Shown piece after piece: positions 26,601 through 38,223 of a stretch of 64,000 nt of DNA. Position numbers and translations under genes: made by a program. Source of the DNA: Balanoglossus misakiensis (lineage: Eukaryota; Animalia; Hemichordata); NCBI GenBank assembly GCA_040954595.2, contig CM082580.2:12946242-13010241 (forward strand), in the 5' to 3' direction. Within the stretch, counting starts at the first letter, position 1; every line of letters starts with the position of its first letter. The notes beneath the pieces were generated by a model. That model searched no databases. It saw nothing but the letters and a program-made list of their open reading frames with translations, and was not told where the DNA came from.

Positions 26601-29600
26601 TGATGAGGTGGGTAGTTTCCTGCCTCCGACGAAAGTGAAACGTGTGCAAAAACATCTGAAAGTACAACATTTGGAAACAATCTGTACTTCCTGATATATG
26701 TTCAGGAAGTACTTACTCTCATGCACTCGTTTAAAGATTCACAATCGCTTACTTAGCCACACTTATATAATGGAAGGTTGAGATCTAGTTTTCTTTCCAC
26801 AGATACTCTACAGAACGCATTTACTTTGAGAACCAGAAGCTACATTTGCGCTTGAATGACGTCAGACCGACGGATGCTGGAAAATACGAATTTCGAATCA
26901 TGTACGTCAAGATCCAAAACAACAAACCGTCAATCGTGTGGGAAGTCACAAATATTCTTCTGATTGTAAACGGTTAGTGTGCGACTGTATTGATTAATTC
27001 AGTGAGAGAGTGAGCTGTTGGGTGGTGGATCGGCCGAGAGTAACGTTAGTTGGTCAATCAATCAGTCAGTCAGTCTTAGGGCAAAATGGACTGAAAATAC
27101 TCTGAGGCATGTAATATTTCCATGCAGAAGCAGACGTCAGTTACTATCGCCATGAAGACATCACCCTATTTTGTCTTTTCATTATTGACATAACTTATCC
27201 ACCCAGATGATGGTGATCTTTGTTCGGATACAGAGATGCTATGCAAAGGTTACTGCATCCCCAAGCACCAAAGATGTACTGGTAAGTAGCTTTGCATCGA
27301 GCATCCCTTCTCTTATCATCATGCAGAGAGAGGCAGGAAGGGTAGGTTATGTAAGGGAATGCATTCAGATGACTTGTGAATGTATGTGATTTATACAATC
27401 TCACACTACCAAGGACTTTGGATCAGATTTCTCACACTTGTCAGGGATATTTTTCTCTCCCAAAATATCTCCAACACGTGTGCCTATATATAATTCTATG
27501 TCCTTGGCTACGAGCTCGCTTTACCCCCCCCCCCCCTCCCCATATACAAAAATACATTAAATGCACATGATTACATCCGGCATATTACAAGAACTTCTTA
27601 TTTGAACAAAACATTCAGCGTCGTGTACAGGCATCGTCAAACCAATTTAATTCGAAATATCGGCACCAAGTATGAAAAGTACTTCCACACCAAAATACTG
27701 GAAATGTATTGTCTACTTTGATATCATTCACCGCGCCAGTTATTACCATCATGAGTAATAAGGTAAAATGCCGCGTAATAGCAGCCCTCTCTGCAGGCGG
27801 CACAGTCAAATATAGAAAACCTTTCATACCTGGAAATGTCATGGTTTATCAAACATATTTCGCGACTTGGTTGCATGAAATCCAATTTTCTAAATTAAAT
27901 AAGGGGTGTTTCTGTTCCGTCGACGCGGCGATCTCTAGGAGACAAATGGATAAACTTTCCTCTCAGGAGTTCGTATGCAATTCATTACTACATTCACGCA
28001 ATAAGCTGACATTTACTCTGGTTTTGATTGATTGAGACACTTTTACATAATCAAATGATGTAATATAGTCATTAATAAAATGTATTGCCATGTTTAACTG
28101 CTATTTTCGAAACCGACGTGGAGCATAGAATGACGAGCATGACTTTCGTTGGCGGCGAAATTGGATCAAAAATTAATAATCTCCGAGTTCAGTCACATTT
28201 GTGTAGTTTGGTGGAAGTGGATTCTGGTTATGACCAATTTGTTATTCATTTATTCAATATTTACTTGTATAAAACCTGTAAAAATTGGCAAACCAGCCGA
28301 CACTCGCCCATCGGTAAGCACGCTTCAATGAGACACTTTTCATTTTAATTATAACGAAACAAAATTGCAAAATGTTTCGTGCCACGAGGCTTTAATTATA
28401 ATAAGTGTTTTGAATAATGGGGTTTTAGATACACATCATTCGATGCAAATTGATGAGGTTGATGGAAAACTGAAATGAAGCCGCCGGTAAACATCGAGAT
28501 CGCCGATGGATTTAGGTCACAGAAGAACGAGATGCGGTTCACGAATTTCCACTGGCCTTAATACTCGCACTGAAGGCTTGAGGAATATGAAATGCAAATT
28601 CCCGGGATATTGATGCGATTTCTCGACATTCCCACACCTGTCAAATAATTTTGCATGACAATTATACAAACTGCGTCGGAAGTGAAGGTAGAAAATTTCT
28701 GTATCCAGACGTTGATGAAAGCCGAAGATTTCCATTTTCATAAAAGAGTTTATTATAATTGATTGAAATGGATCGCGGATCATCCCCATGGTTACTAGAG
28801 TCAATACCTTTGAGGTGCGGGGATTTTCAGTAGCCTATAAATATTCAGCGACGCTTCTGCGTCCAAAATAACACAGAATAAAAAAACACAAACTTCCTGC
28901 AGAATGCGTGAAGAGTTTCCGATTCGCTTATAAGGATCCGGAAAACAAGTTGTGCATACATCGCCAATGTGTGTACATCATTGTGAGTTTGTGTGAGTGC
29001 TGGTTTGGTTACCATACTTCTTGCCGTAACGACCCTCTTGCGAATTCTATCATGATTGGCGTGATGAAAATATATTTAACGACTGTTTCATACACTCTTT
29101 CGAGACTTTCAAACCCAGATGGGATGCTTTCGGGACCGATAATGAGACTTCAAATTCCAGTAATGAGACCTTGATTTTGAAGACTACAGCCAGTAATGTC
29201 ATGGCACGACATTTATAAATACACAGAAACCTGGAAACCTTGAATGATCAAATCACACTGAATGTTTTCCAAACCAAATCTTGAAATTAAATATTAATGC
29301 ACTTTCACTTCGTTTTCAGGTGGCGATGCGTCCCTTGGTCTGATCATAGGCTCTGTCATCGGTAGTGTTATTATATTACTGGCCTGTGTTCTACTCTTTC
29401 TGCTCAGTCGTAGGGGGCGAGAGTTTTGCAGAAGTCGACAGGGTACGTCTCCCCTGCCTCCCCCCCCTCTCTTTTTATATGCCTGTTTCAAATGCATGCC
29501 TTCTGAATACGAAGGATGGTCAATAATGTGAAGTCTGAATGTTTGATTTATAATCCTTACAATTTTTCAACTATCTTTTGTTTCAGATGACAGTGTGGTG

Positions 29601-29819
29601 GAAATTGACGATGGAGGCCTTAACATCGGAAGCAGCTCGACGAGCAAGCGAAGAAACGGTGCCGTAGTGTCATTTGCCGCCTCACCGACTGTTCAAATCT
29701 ACGAGCGCGAGGATGAATATGTGCCAGATAGCAGTAGTTCTCCCGTCGACGACAAAGATGGCGTTGATGAGTCGTGTGAACAGAACGGAACAATAAGCTG
29801 CAAGACGACAACCGTTTAG
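23659..29819 (+). CDS. Type I membrane protein (about 288 aa): signal peptide, one Ig-like domain lacking both canonical Cys, Cys-rich half-LDLa-like module, TM helix, acidic tail ending in a class I PDZ-binding motif
   Basis: Exons 23659-23707 (MQAQITVIIALVTVTQ), 25304-25520 (G.DVLLKG...ITWSKDN), 26803-26972 (LRLNDVRPTDAGKYEF...LLIVN), 27207-27281 (CSDTEMLCKGYCIPKHQRCT), 29320-29442 (LGLIIGSVIGSVIILLACVLLFLLSRR), 29587-29819 (...KTTTV*) total 867 nt, in frame, all GT-AG. Additional exons cannot be excluded. Confidence 0.7.
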
Positions 29820-30289
29820 GAATGACGTTGCAAATAACGCGAACTGCAAATGAATACTTGTGCTGGCGTTAATACATGTTTACAGATGCGACAAATCTCA
29901 GGAAGTTATTACTGTACCGCCACAATTGCCCACGGAAAGACCAACAGTGTTTGGACTTGTGTATCATATGCTTGCAGCGCTTGTATAACCTGGTGCCGTG
30001 TGAACACGTGATGACATTTATGGGGATTATTTTGTAGACCATACGATTATCCAAGTTATATGTCTATTAGGTCTGGGTGATGATAACAATTGACAATGCA
30101 ATTGCATTGTCAAACTCGACAAAATTACTTAAAGTTACTTTCTATAATTTTAATTTATACTATTTTGTAAATTTAATCAGTGTTGAGAAATTAAACTTTT
30201 GTACATGCAGTTCTGTATTAGGATCAGACTTGATTTCTTTGCTGGGTGCTGTCACTAAAAACTTGTCATTCCAAAATGGAACCTGTGTA

Positions 30290-30400
30290 TTAAACCTGAT
30301 CGAAATCTGATCAGTCGTTTTTGAGAAATTGTGCAGACAGACAGACACGCACACACAACGTGCCAAGAACACGTGATGTGACACACACCTCCTTAGTACT
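30290..30400. repeat. Probable fragment of a dispersed non-autonomous element carrying an (ACAG)n/(AC)n tract
   Basis: aaatctgatcagtcgtttttgagaaattgtgcagacagacagacacgcacacac resembles microsatellite-bearing interspersed repeats of invertebrates. The family is not identifiable here. Confidence 0.35.
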
Positions 30401-31930
30401 CGATTTTTTCCCTTCGACTTGCTTTTATTTGAACTTGAAATCATGAAAACAACGTATGCGACGCTCTTCAATAAAACAACACAAGACAGCTTTGCTGACT
30501 TATAAAATATGTCTCCCGTAAATAAGATGGTCCTAAACAAAACTTGTCTGCAGAAATAAAATGGTGGTAATTTCACCCATTCAGTTGTGTTGTCTGTCCA
30601 ACTCTTCCTGCTCATAGACAGAAGTCAAAGATGTAAGATCTTTTATGGAATTGTACAGACACTCTCACGTAAAGGCTTCAAAATTGTGTTACACATATAC
30701 CCTAGAATAATGACTTGCATTTCTGTGGCCAAAGCTTCAAATGTAGATGCCTGATTCTAGATTCCTCCATTCATGTGATGCGGCACCATTTTCAGCTGAG
30801 ATTTCCATGTAGTTTCATACTTTACCGCCTTTTACTTTGACCATATATGAAAAATATCTGGCTGAAAATAGGACAAACAATGCTGGCAGAAAAGGTCCTG
30901 ATGGAATAACGTGAACTTCGAAACAAACATGAATAATGTATTAATTATATATACTTCATATATATCGAGAGTAATGAAACATTAAACGGAAACAAATTTT
31001 CAAAATATCACGAATGAATGTCTAAATGTGATTCGGTGAGGTTTTTAAAATACCTTAAAATATGACTTACAGGTGTCAATGTGTCATAATACTACTTGGA
31101 CTTTGATCAGTAAACATCTACACTAAATTCGTATTTACATTTTATTGTTGAATTATTTCTATTGAGAGAAAAGAGTGTCACGTGTGCTGTATCAGGACTT
31201 GCTGGTACTATTTAACTGAAAACATGAAATATGATCTCAATCTGATGATGCACATCTTCACAATAGTGACGCAAAGAAAAACAGATGGTAATACATGTAA
31301 TTGAGGATCCAACTGGGAAAACTGTAATTAATCAGCCGTCTGTCCAGCAAATCTCGATACAGCACACCATCATTGAAGTTTCATAAAATCTGAGAAGGCA
31401 TTCGACAGAATATCAAAGGCACCATGTGCAGAAACCAGTCAGCGTGCAAGGTTCAACCCAGTTCACTGCCCTGGTTAATAGGCCAATGGATAACTCCACT
31501 GTGAACTCTACCAAGCTCGAGCGAGGTTAGTGTTATGCGCTGCAGTTTAGTTACTGGTTGTACATACATTGTGTATAAATGTTGAGCAAGGTACTAGTAT
31601 ATATATTTTTTATCCCAGTGAATCGGAGACCTTGGTGGTGCTGTATTAATCAATTGAGAACCAAGTTTCATTCCTATGTAATGGAGTAATCAATCGAAGG
31701 TAGATTAGAATCAAGGGAAGTTTAGTTGATAACATTGATTCCAGCAAAACCGTGTAGTGACCAAGTGCCTTGTTTCCACACTTGCCAGTTGAAGTTTAAA
31801 ATGCAAGAAGATTTTTATGGTAAATGTCGTATATTTTGATTGGAATGTGGTAACATGTGCGATTTCACTTACGAATGTCCCTTTCACTCGGGAATTTTGT
31901 ATTAAATTTAGACCTTTTTTGTAAATTTTG

Positions 31931-34900
31931 TCACACGCAACATTTTGATTTTTTCTTCGGTGTCTTGTTATCATTGATATCAACGGTATATACTGTCTTA
32001 ACCGTCTCGTCTTCTCGTTTTTGGAGCAACCTGGTGTACAAAAAATAGAACCCGGTCTTAATTTCTGATTAATGTGTACTGGCAAACGTTAATTATTTCA
32101 CCATGTGTATTTTTCCCAGTCAGTAGCTTTAACTGCCTTCTGTCTCTCTGACTTCCTCCCCCCTGTAATGACATCATGTTTACTCACCTTGCCATTCTGT
32201 CGAAGGCGTCAAATATATTACCTCCTGTTTTAGCGCTGGTTTCAAAGAACATTGCACCACAATCCTGAAAGCGGAAAATACCAAAGTTGGATTAGTAGAT
32301 GGACATCGACTATTTGAAATTACCATGTGCTCATGTCATATGTTGGAAATAGTGTAAGGTGTGTCTTATGGAGCAGATTGGTGTCACTGTCATGGTTACT
32401 TACATCTGCAAGTCTCTGTCCTGTTTCAGTTGAAACGACCCGTAGTGGGTTCGAGAGATCTTCTTTGTTGCCGATCAAGGTGATGGCGGCGCTGCTGTTG
32501 ATATCACCTTCCTGGAAGTAGAAGGGGGAGAAATACTGCCACCATGAGTTAAAGCTGTGCATATTTTGACAGATAAAAGTACTCGATCCTAACGATGGTG
32601 GCGCTTTCTCTTTCAATTTGTCTAACAGTGCTGTGGAAGTTTCCATTCCATGCCATGTTCAAATTTGTGTGGAACAATTGTAAGAAAGAGACAAGGATCT
32701 TCACCACCGCTTCTCAGAGAAGATCAAACAGTATCCCAAAAGGGAAACTCGTGGGGGAAATATTGGCAAGAATTACATTTATGCAACTCAACTAAGAATA
32801 TGTTATTCCATATATTTACCTGAATATTAACCATCCAGCTTGTGACACTCTGAAAGGATTTTTCACACGTGATATCGTAGAGTAACATCACACCGTCAGC
32901 TTTGCGGAAATACGAGTGGGGGATGCTACGGAAACTGCAACATCAATAACAGAAGGCTTACAATAGTGAATACCTGCTTTTATACTTCTGAACCGATGTG
33001 CCATCAGCAAAAATGTGCGTGGTGTGTTGTACTTGTGGTTAGAAGTCAAAGATCACCCGTGGGCTACAATATTTTTTTTTTTCTAGATCATGTTTTCATG
33101 CATGGAACTACCATGACTGCACGAAGACACTTCCACCGTTTGTAAGTGTTGAACCATGGAACTAGCGTGATGGCGCGAATTTGACAACATTTACATGTAC
33201 ATGTATATCCAGTTGTCGACAGATATAACAAGGTGTATAAGCACCCACAGGGTGTTCCACAAAGACTCAAAAATCTTATCAGAGCGACTCACCGTTCCTG
33301 GCCCGCAGTATCCCATATCTGTAACGATATCACCGTACTCTCTATCACCAACGACTTCATTTGAAAACCGATCTCTATGGTTACCTGCGTTCTGGCGTTA
33401 AAGGTGTTTTGGCAAAATCTTTCAAGAAAACTGGTTTTTCCAACTCCTGAGTCTCCGCAAAGAACAATCTTGAAACAACGGTCTGGAGTTCTGAGTTGTA
33501 AAAACTGTCAAGAAACAACACAGTGTGATTGGTATGTGTATGACGTAATCTGTTTCTGTTGAACGACTAGATACATAAAATAAATTTATTTGTTCAGTCA
33601 TAGGACACTTGTATATAACATCCATTATTCGGTTCACCTGTTATTTCAATTAAGATTATAAAATGATTTTTCAGACAGACAGACCTGTAATTGTTGATCG
33701 CATTCACAATCACTCGAACTACTAAGGTCTGTTAGCTTTTTTATGTTCGTTCTCGGTTCTGTGTACGTCTCCTCGACCAGTCTTTCATATTTATCCCTGA
33801 AAGAAAATACACAAGATGAAATTAAATCCTCCAGACTTAAATCAGTGTGGAAAGCGGCAAGACTGGCCAGCTGGCTATTTTCACAATCTTTCCAAGAATC
33901 GTCACAGCTTCTGATGTTTCAAAATGGCCATTTGTAACTAGTTAATGTTCACCATAGCTTAATTTAGACTCCGGTCAATGAAAAATACAGGAGTTACCTC
34001 GCTATCTTACCTTAGTTTTTCCAGCTGTAATTCAAGGTTTTGCCTCTCTTTCGATTTTCGTTCGTGTTCAATCAATGCCTCCTTGTACTCCCTGAAAAAC
34101 CATATCGCACATTATATGTGAAATATTGTCGATTGTGGTTGGTGCCGTTAATATGTGTACATGCGACGTGACAAGCGTTTTTGAAGAAAATCACATCACC
34201 CGGTTTCAAGCGAGTGCGTTGACAGGTGATGTTTTGCAACGTTAATTGACATCAGCTGTCAAAATCTGAAATGGTTGTTACAAACTAATTTAATTTACAC
34301 AGCGGTGCTGCTTAGAAGCAGACAAGACCCTAAAAACTGTCTGATTGTTAAAATCTGTCAAACTGATGGGTTCAAATCAGGTGTCATGTAAATTGTGAAT
34401 GTTGTGCCAGTGCTGCAGTTTAGGGTTAATGTGTAGGCCTAAGTATAAAACAGATTAGCTCACAGAATATAATGTGCCATCTCCAACTTCACTTTTCAAG
34501 CCCAGACCTACCTTTCGATGTAATTTCTTTCTCTGTTTGCATCGTCTTGTAGCTGTAGGCACAGTTGTTGGGTTTCATTGAGACCAGCCAGAGATTCATC
34601 AAGTCTTTCGCGTAATCGCATATTTTCCTGTCAGGTAAAGTGCAGAATTTCTCGTGAAGCCAAAGTAAGTTGATTGTACACCCAAATTTGGGGGACACAT
34701 TGTTTCTTGCTATCAAAAATCCTCCACTGTTTGATAAAGAAACGAGCAGAGTTGATATCTGCAGCCACAGAAAAGTAAAGTTGTTAAAAAGAAGCCCACA
34801 CATTTATCAACCTCTTTATTCTTTGTTGTTGTAGATAACTGCTGGACAACGCTCACCTTTGCAAGAATTTCGTTTTCAGCTATAATTCCAGACTCATGTC

Positions 34901-37330
34901 GACTCAGTTCTAATACCATTTGTTCCAACTGGAAAAAAGAAAAGAATGGAAAAAGAGAACAATAATGATTATAAGACACGGTAAATTCAATTAAAACCAA
35001 CTGGTCAACACAATAAGAGAAAACTTGGCAGGGGTTAGATGTTTCATTTTAAAATAAAATTTAACAGACAAAAAATATAGAAAGAAGGAATCAAACCATT
35101 ACCACAATTACAGGTGGTTATAAATAAGCGAGGCAGACCGTGCTTCTAGCTGTAATCATTGACAGTAGAGACCCACTGTCTTGTCAACTCTTGAATGCAC
35201 ATTCATACATTCAAACTAGTGTACGCCTGATCAATTACCGCTATATCTCGTGGCTGTTGCAAAGCCTGTCAATCATACACGCTGACAGGATTTGAAAAGG
35301 CACACTGTCTAGCCAGGAATCACTGTGCATCAAAGGACAGGTCTATGGGTGATGGGAATAATCACGCAATTTCATTAATTTGCTTTCCGTTGGATTAGAA
35401 AGCTGCAGAGTCTGCAGAAAATGTACCTTTTGAGTTTGCAAATAAACCGAACGGAATGCAGTGAATGACCGGCAAAACTAACAATCAAGGAAGTACCTCG
35501 GCTTTGCCTTCGAGTAGTGATTAATGTTAGTCAGAATTTGAATCAGCCGAAGGGAAAACAATATTTTTTCAAGGTTTCTCCAAAGGTTTAACTCTTCGAA
35601 GAACTATGCTGTGCTCAGATGACTCTTCACAATGTGTGGACAGACAGACAGACAGACAAACATACAGATTAAGGAAGAGAGTAGACTAACCTGTTGATTC
35701 TGTGATTTTCTGTCTTTTTCTCGCTTGTCTATCTCTGCCAGAGAACTCTCCAACTGAAATTGATATGAGGTCAATGAATTTAGATAGGTAATTATACATG
35801 TATTCTTTTACATGTCATTATTGCTTCTATTTTGCATAAAATGTATGTTTCATGACCCCAATGACACAAAATACGAGAGCCAGGTTACACTCTTTAACTT
35901 CCTAGGAATTCGTATAGTGTCATATATCTTTCTCCGAAAGAAACGCAACCTGAAGTAGAAACATAGAAACGAACAAGTTCCCGGAAAAGGGTTAAAGGGT
36001 TCATGCGTCAATTTCCTGACATGGCCATCAACAAACCCTCTTCAATTGACAAATGAATGTCAGAAATCAAGACCCACCTCTTTCTTTCTCTGTAGGAGAC
36101 TGGTCACTTCCTGGTCCTTGTCTTCAAGCATCCGTTCGATTTCTCCCTTCAACTGTTCTTCACACTGCGCCATCGTAAAATGACAAGAATTTATGTTAGC
36201 AACGACATGAGCAAATCAGACAGGGCACGGCGGAATGATGATGAAGCTAACGTCTGGACATAATCTTAGCGGCATTACGTCAGATTTGTGAATGAATAAG
36301 GCAAGTCGTGACGCCAAGGGACATCCCGCGCCAGCACAATTAAAATGGCTGACATTGAAATATCACTTAGTATGGCTGTTTTTCAGTCACATATTCTCAC
36401 AGAACACCGACCATAAAATCACTTGAGATATTTACTCTCTTCCGGTTCATTTTGTTCTGACATAAATCAAATGGTTACATTTGTCTCTGAAAATCGCCTC
36501 TATAAATACTAGTGTATGCCATGCCAGTTCACATCTTCCCAGACAACTACAGACCGAGTATTCTCCACACAAGAATCTTATCGACCGGTTTTACAATCTT
36601 GCCGTCACTTGCTCAGAGCTAAATATAAACTGCTTTCAGGTAAATTGTCTACTCTTGCCGACAATCATTACCGCTTTGGTGAAAAAAATCGATGACGTCA
36701 CCAACAGCGGATATGTCAGATGCAGATGTATCGTGTCTTTGATAAGTGTTGGAAGAAATTGGAAAGAATGTCGACCTGTAAGTAGACTGAGAAGCTTTGA
36801 TAAAAAAATCACATTTTATTCCAGAAATGTACGTCAATTCACAAACCACTGATAACATACCTTCAATCGTATGCTGTCTCTTTCTTTGGCTAAATGGACT
36901 TCCATTTCTTCATACAAAGATTTAACTTCTTCCCGGTGAACTCCACTTTTACTGAATGAAAAAAAAGTTAATATGTAGAGAGAAACCACAATTATTATAT
37001 GCCTTTTTGATTTTTTGCGGTAATTGCCTTGCCTTGAGCAAAATATGAGAAAATATAATACTTTAGGGGTGAGAACAAATAACTCAGTAGTTTGTACACA
37101 AAACAAAAGTACCGAAAGATAGTCGTAAGTCACAGACAGTGTCCCTTTCCGGTATTTTTTGAAGGAAACGTCAAGAAATTGACACGAATTACCTTTTGAC
37201 TGCATTATCGCATTCTTTATGTAAATGTCGAATCTCCTGAACCGCCTTCCTGAGAAATGCTTCAAAAGTTGACAGAAGTTGTGGTTCATCCTGTCGAAGC
37301 TTCAGCCAGACTGCATACAGTTCTTCTTGC
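31931..37330 (-). CDS. Large Rab GTPase of the CRACR2A/EFCAB4 (Rab46)-like type: coiled coil plus Rab domain, C-terminal CCV prenylation motif; 5' exons unresolved
   Basis: In-phase exons 37330-37193 ([23 protein letters not shown]), 36951-36861 ([11 protein letters not shown]), 36164-36078, 35753-35691, 34928-34857, 34627-34512, 34091-34011, 33796-33685, 33504-33293 ([15 protein letters not shown]...[11 protein letters not shown]), 32934-32820 ([22 protein letters not shown]), 32511-32404 (LIGNKEDL), 32264-32188 (FETSAKTG), 32030-31931 (KKKSKCCV*). The coiled-coil exons resemble CRACR2A more than RASEF. Confidence 0.85.
35638..35668. repeat. (CAGA)n tetranucleotide microsatellite in an intron
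   Basis: ggacagacagacagacagacaaacatacaga. Confidence 0.8.
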
Positions 37331-38180
37331 CTGTGATAAAGAATTTTGCCGTTAGACTGGAGAGCGCATCACCTTGTGGGTCAACATCATGTACATGCGA
37401 TTTATAAAGGGCTCTGCATCCTCAGGCGGATCCTGCTGGAGATCCCTTTCAGCCAATCGGGAGCTTCCTTTGCCTTATCACACCGGAAACTCCCGCTAAA
37501 ATGTAGCAGTTAGTATTTACTTTTACGTTCGCTTGATGTCAAATTGCAACTTTTTGGGGAATTTTCCCACGCAGCTCTGTTTTAGCGGTAAAGTTGTCAA
37601 CGTGCTCTTTGCCTTATATACGGTTATCCTGTCGGAGTCAGACTCCTAGCAACCTTGCTCATCTCAATACATCAATTTACATCAAAGCAATGATTTAGCG
37701 ATCAGGAGCTACAACAAATTCATTTCACACACGTTTAAGTAATGATTAATATGGGGGAGGGGTCGTTATTGACGGTATCCTGCTAGATCTGAAAAGTTGC
37801 CAATCAAAGTTTAAAACAGTGGTTATCCATAACTTTTGCCATCACTAAGTTGATGAGTGAAATTTGCAATCGTCACGTTTCTGTAAACGACGTCATCCCG
37901 ATGCGTTGAATATAAGAACAGACAGATTGTTATTGCACGCACGGGGAAGGTCAGAGGTCAAACTCATCTTTCCCACGCAGAAAAATGATTTCGGCAGTGT
38001 TCTAGCATTAATGAAGGCATTTTGGAACAGTATAATCAAGATGCCCTTTTGCAAACTTTCATGATACAGGAGTTCACAATGTCAAAGAAGTTCCAGACGT
38101 TCATCATTACATTACATGCGCAATACATGTATATAAATAGGAAATCAGATAAATCGTGCGTCAGAAAATTTTCAGTTGAA

Positions 38181-38223
38181 CCCCCCCCCCCCTCCCCTCC
38201 TCTCTCTCTCTCTCTCTCTCTCT
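38181..38223. repeat. poly-C plus (CT)n microsatellite
   Basis: ccccccccccccctcccctcctctctctc... run. Confidence 0.85.
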
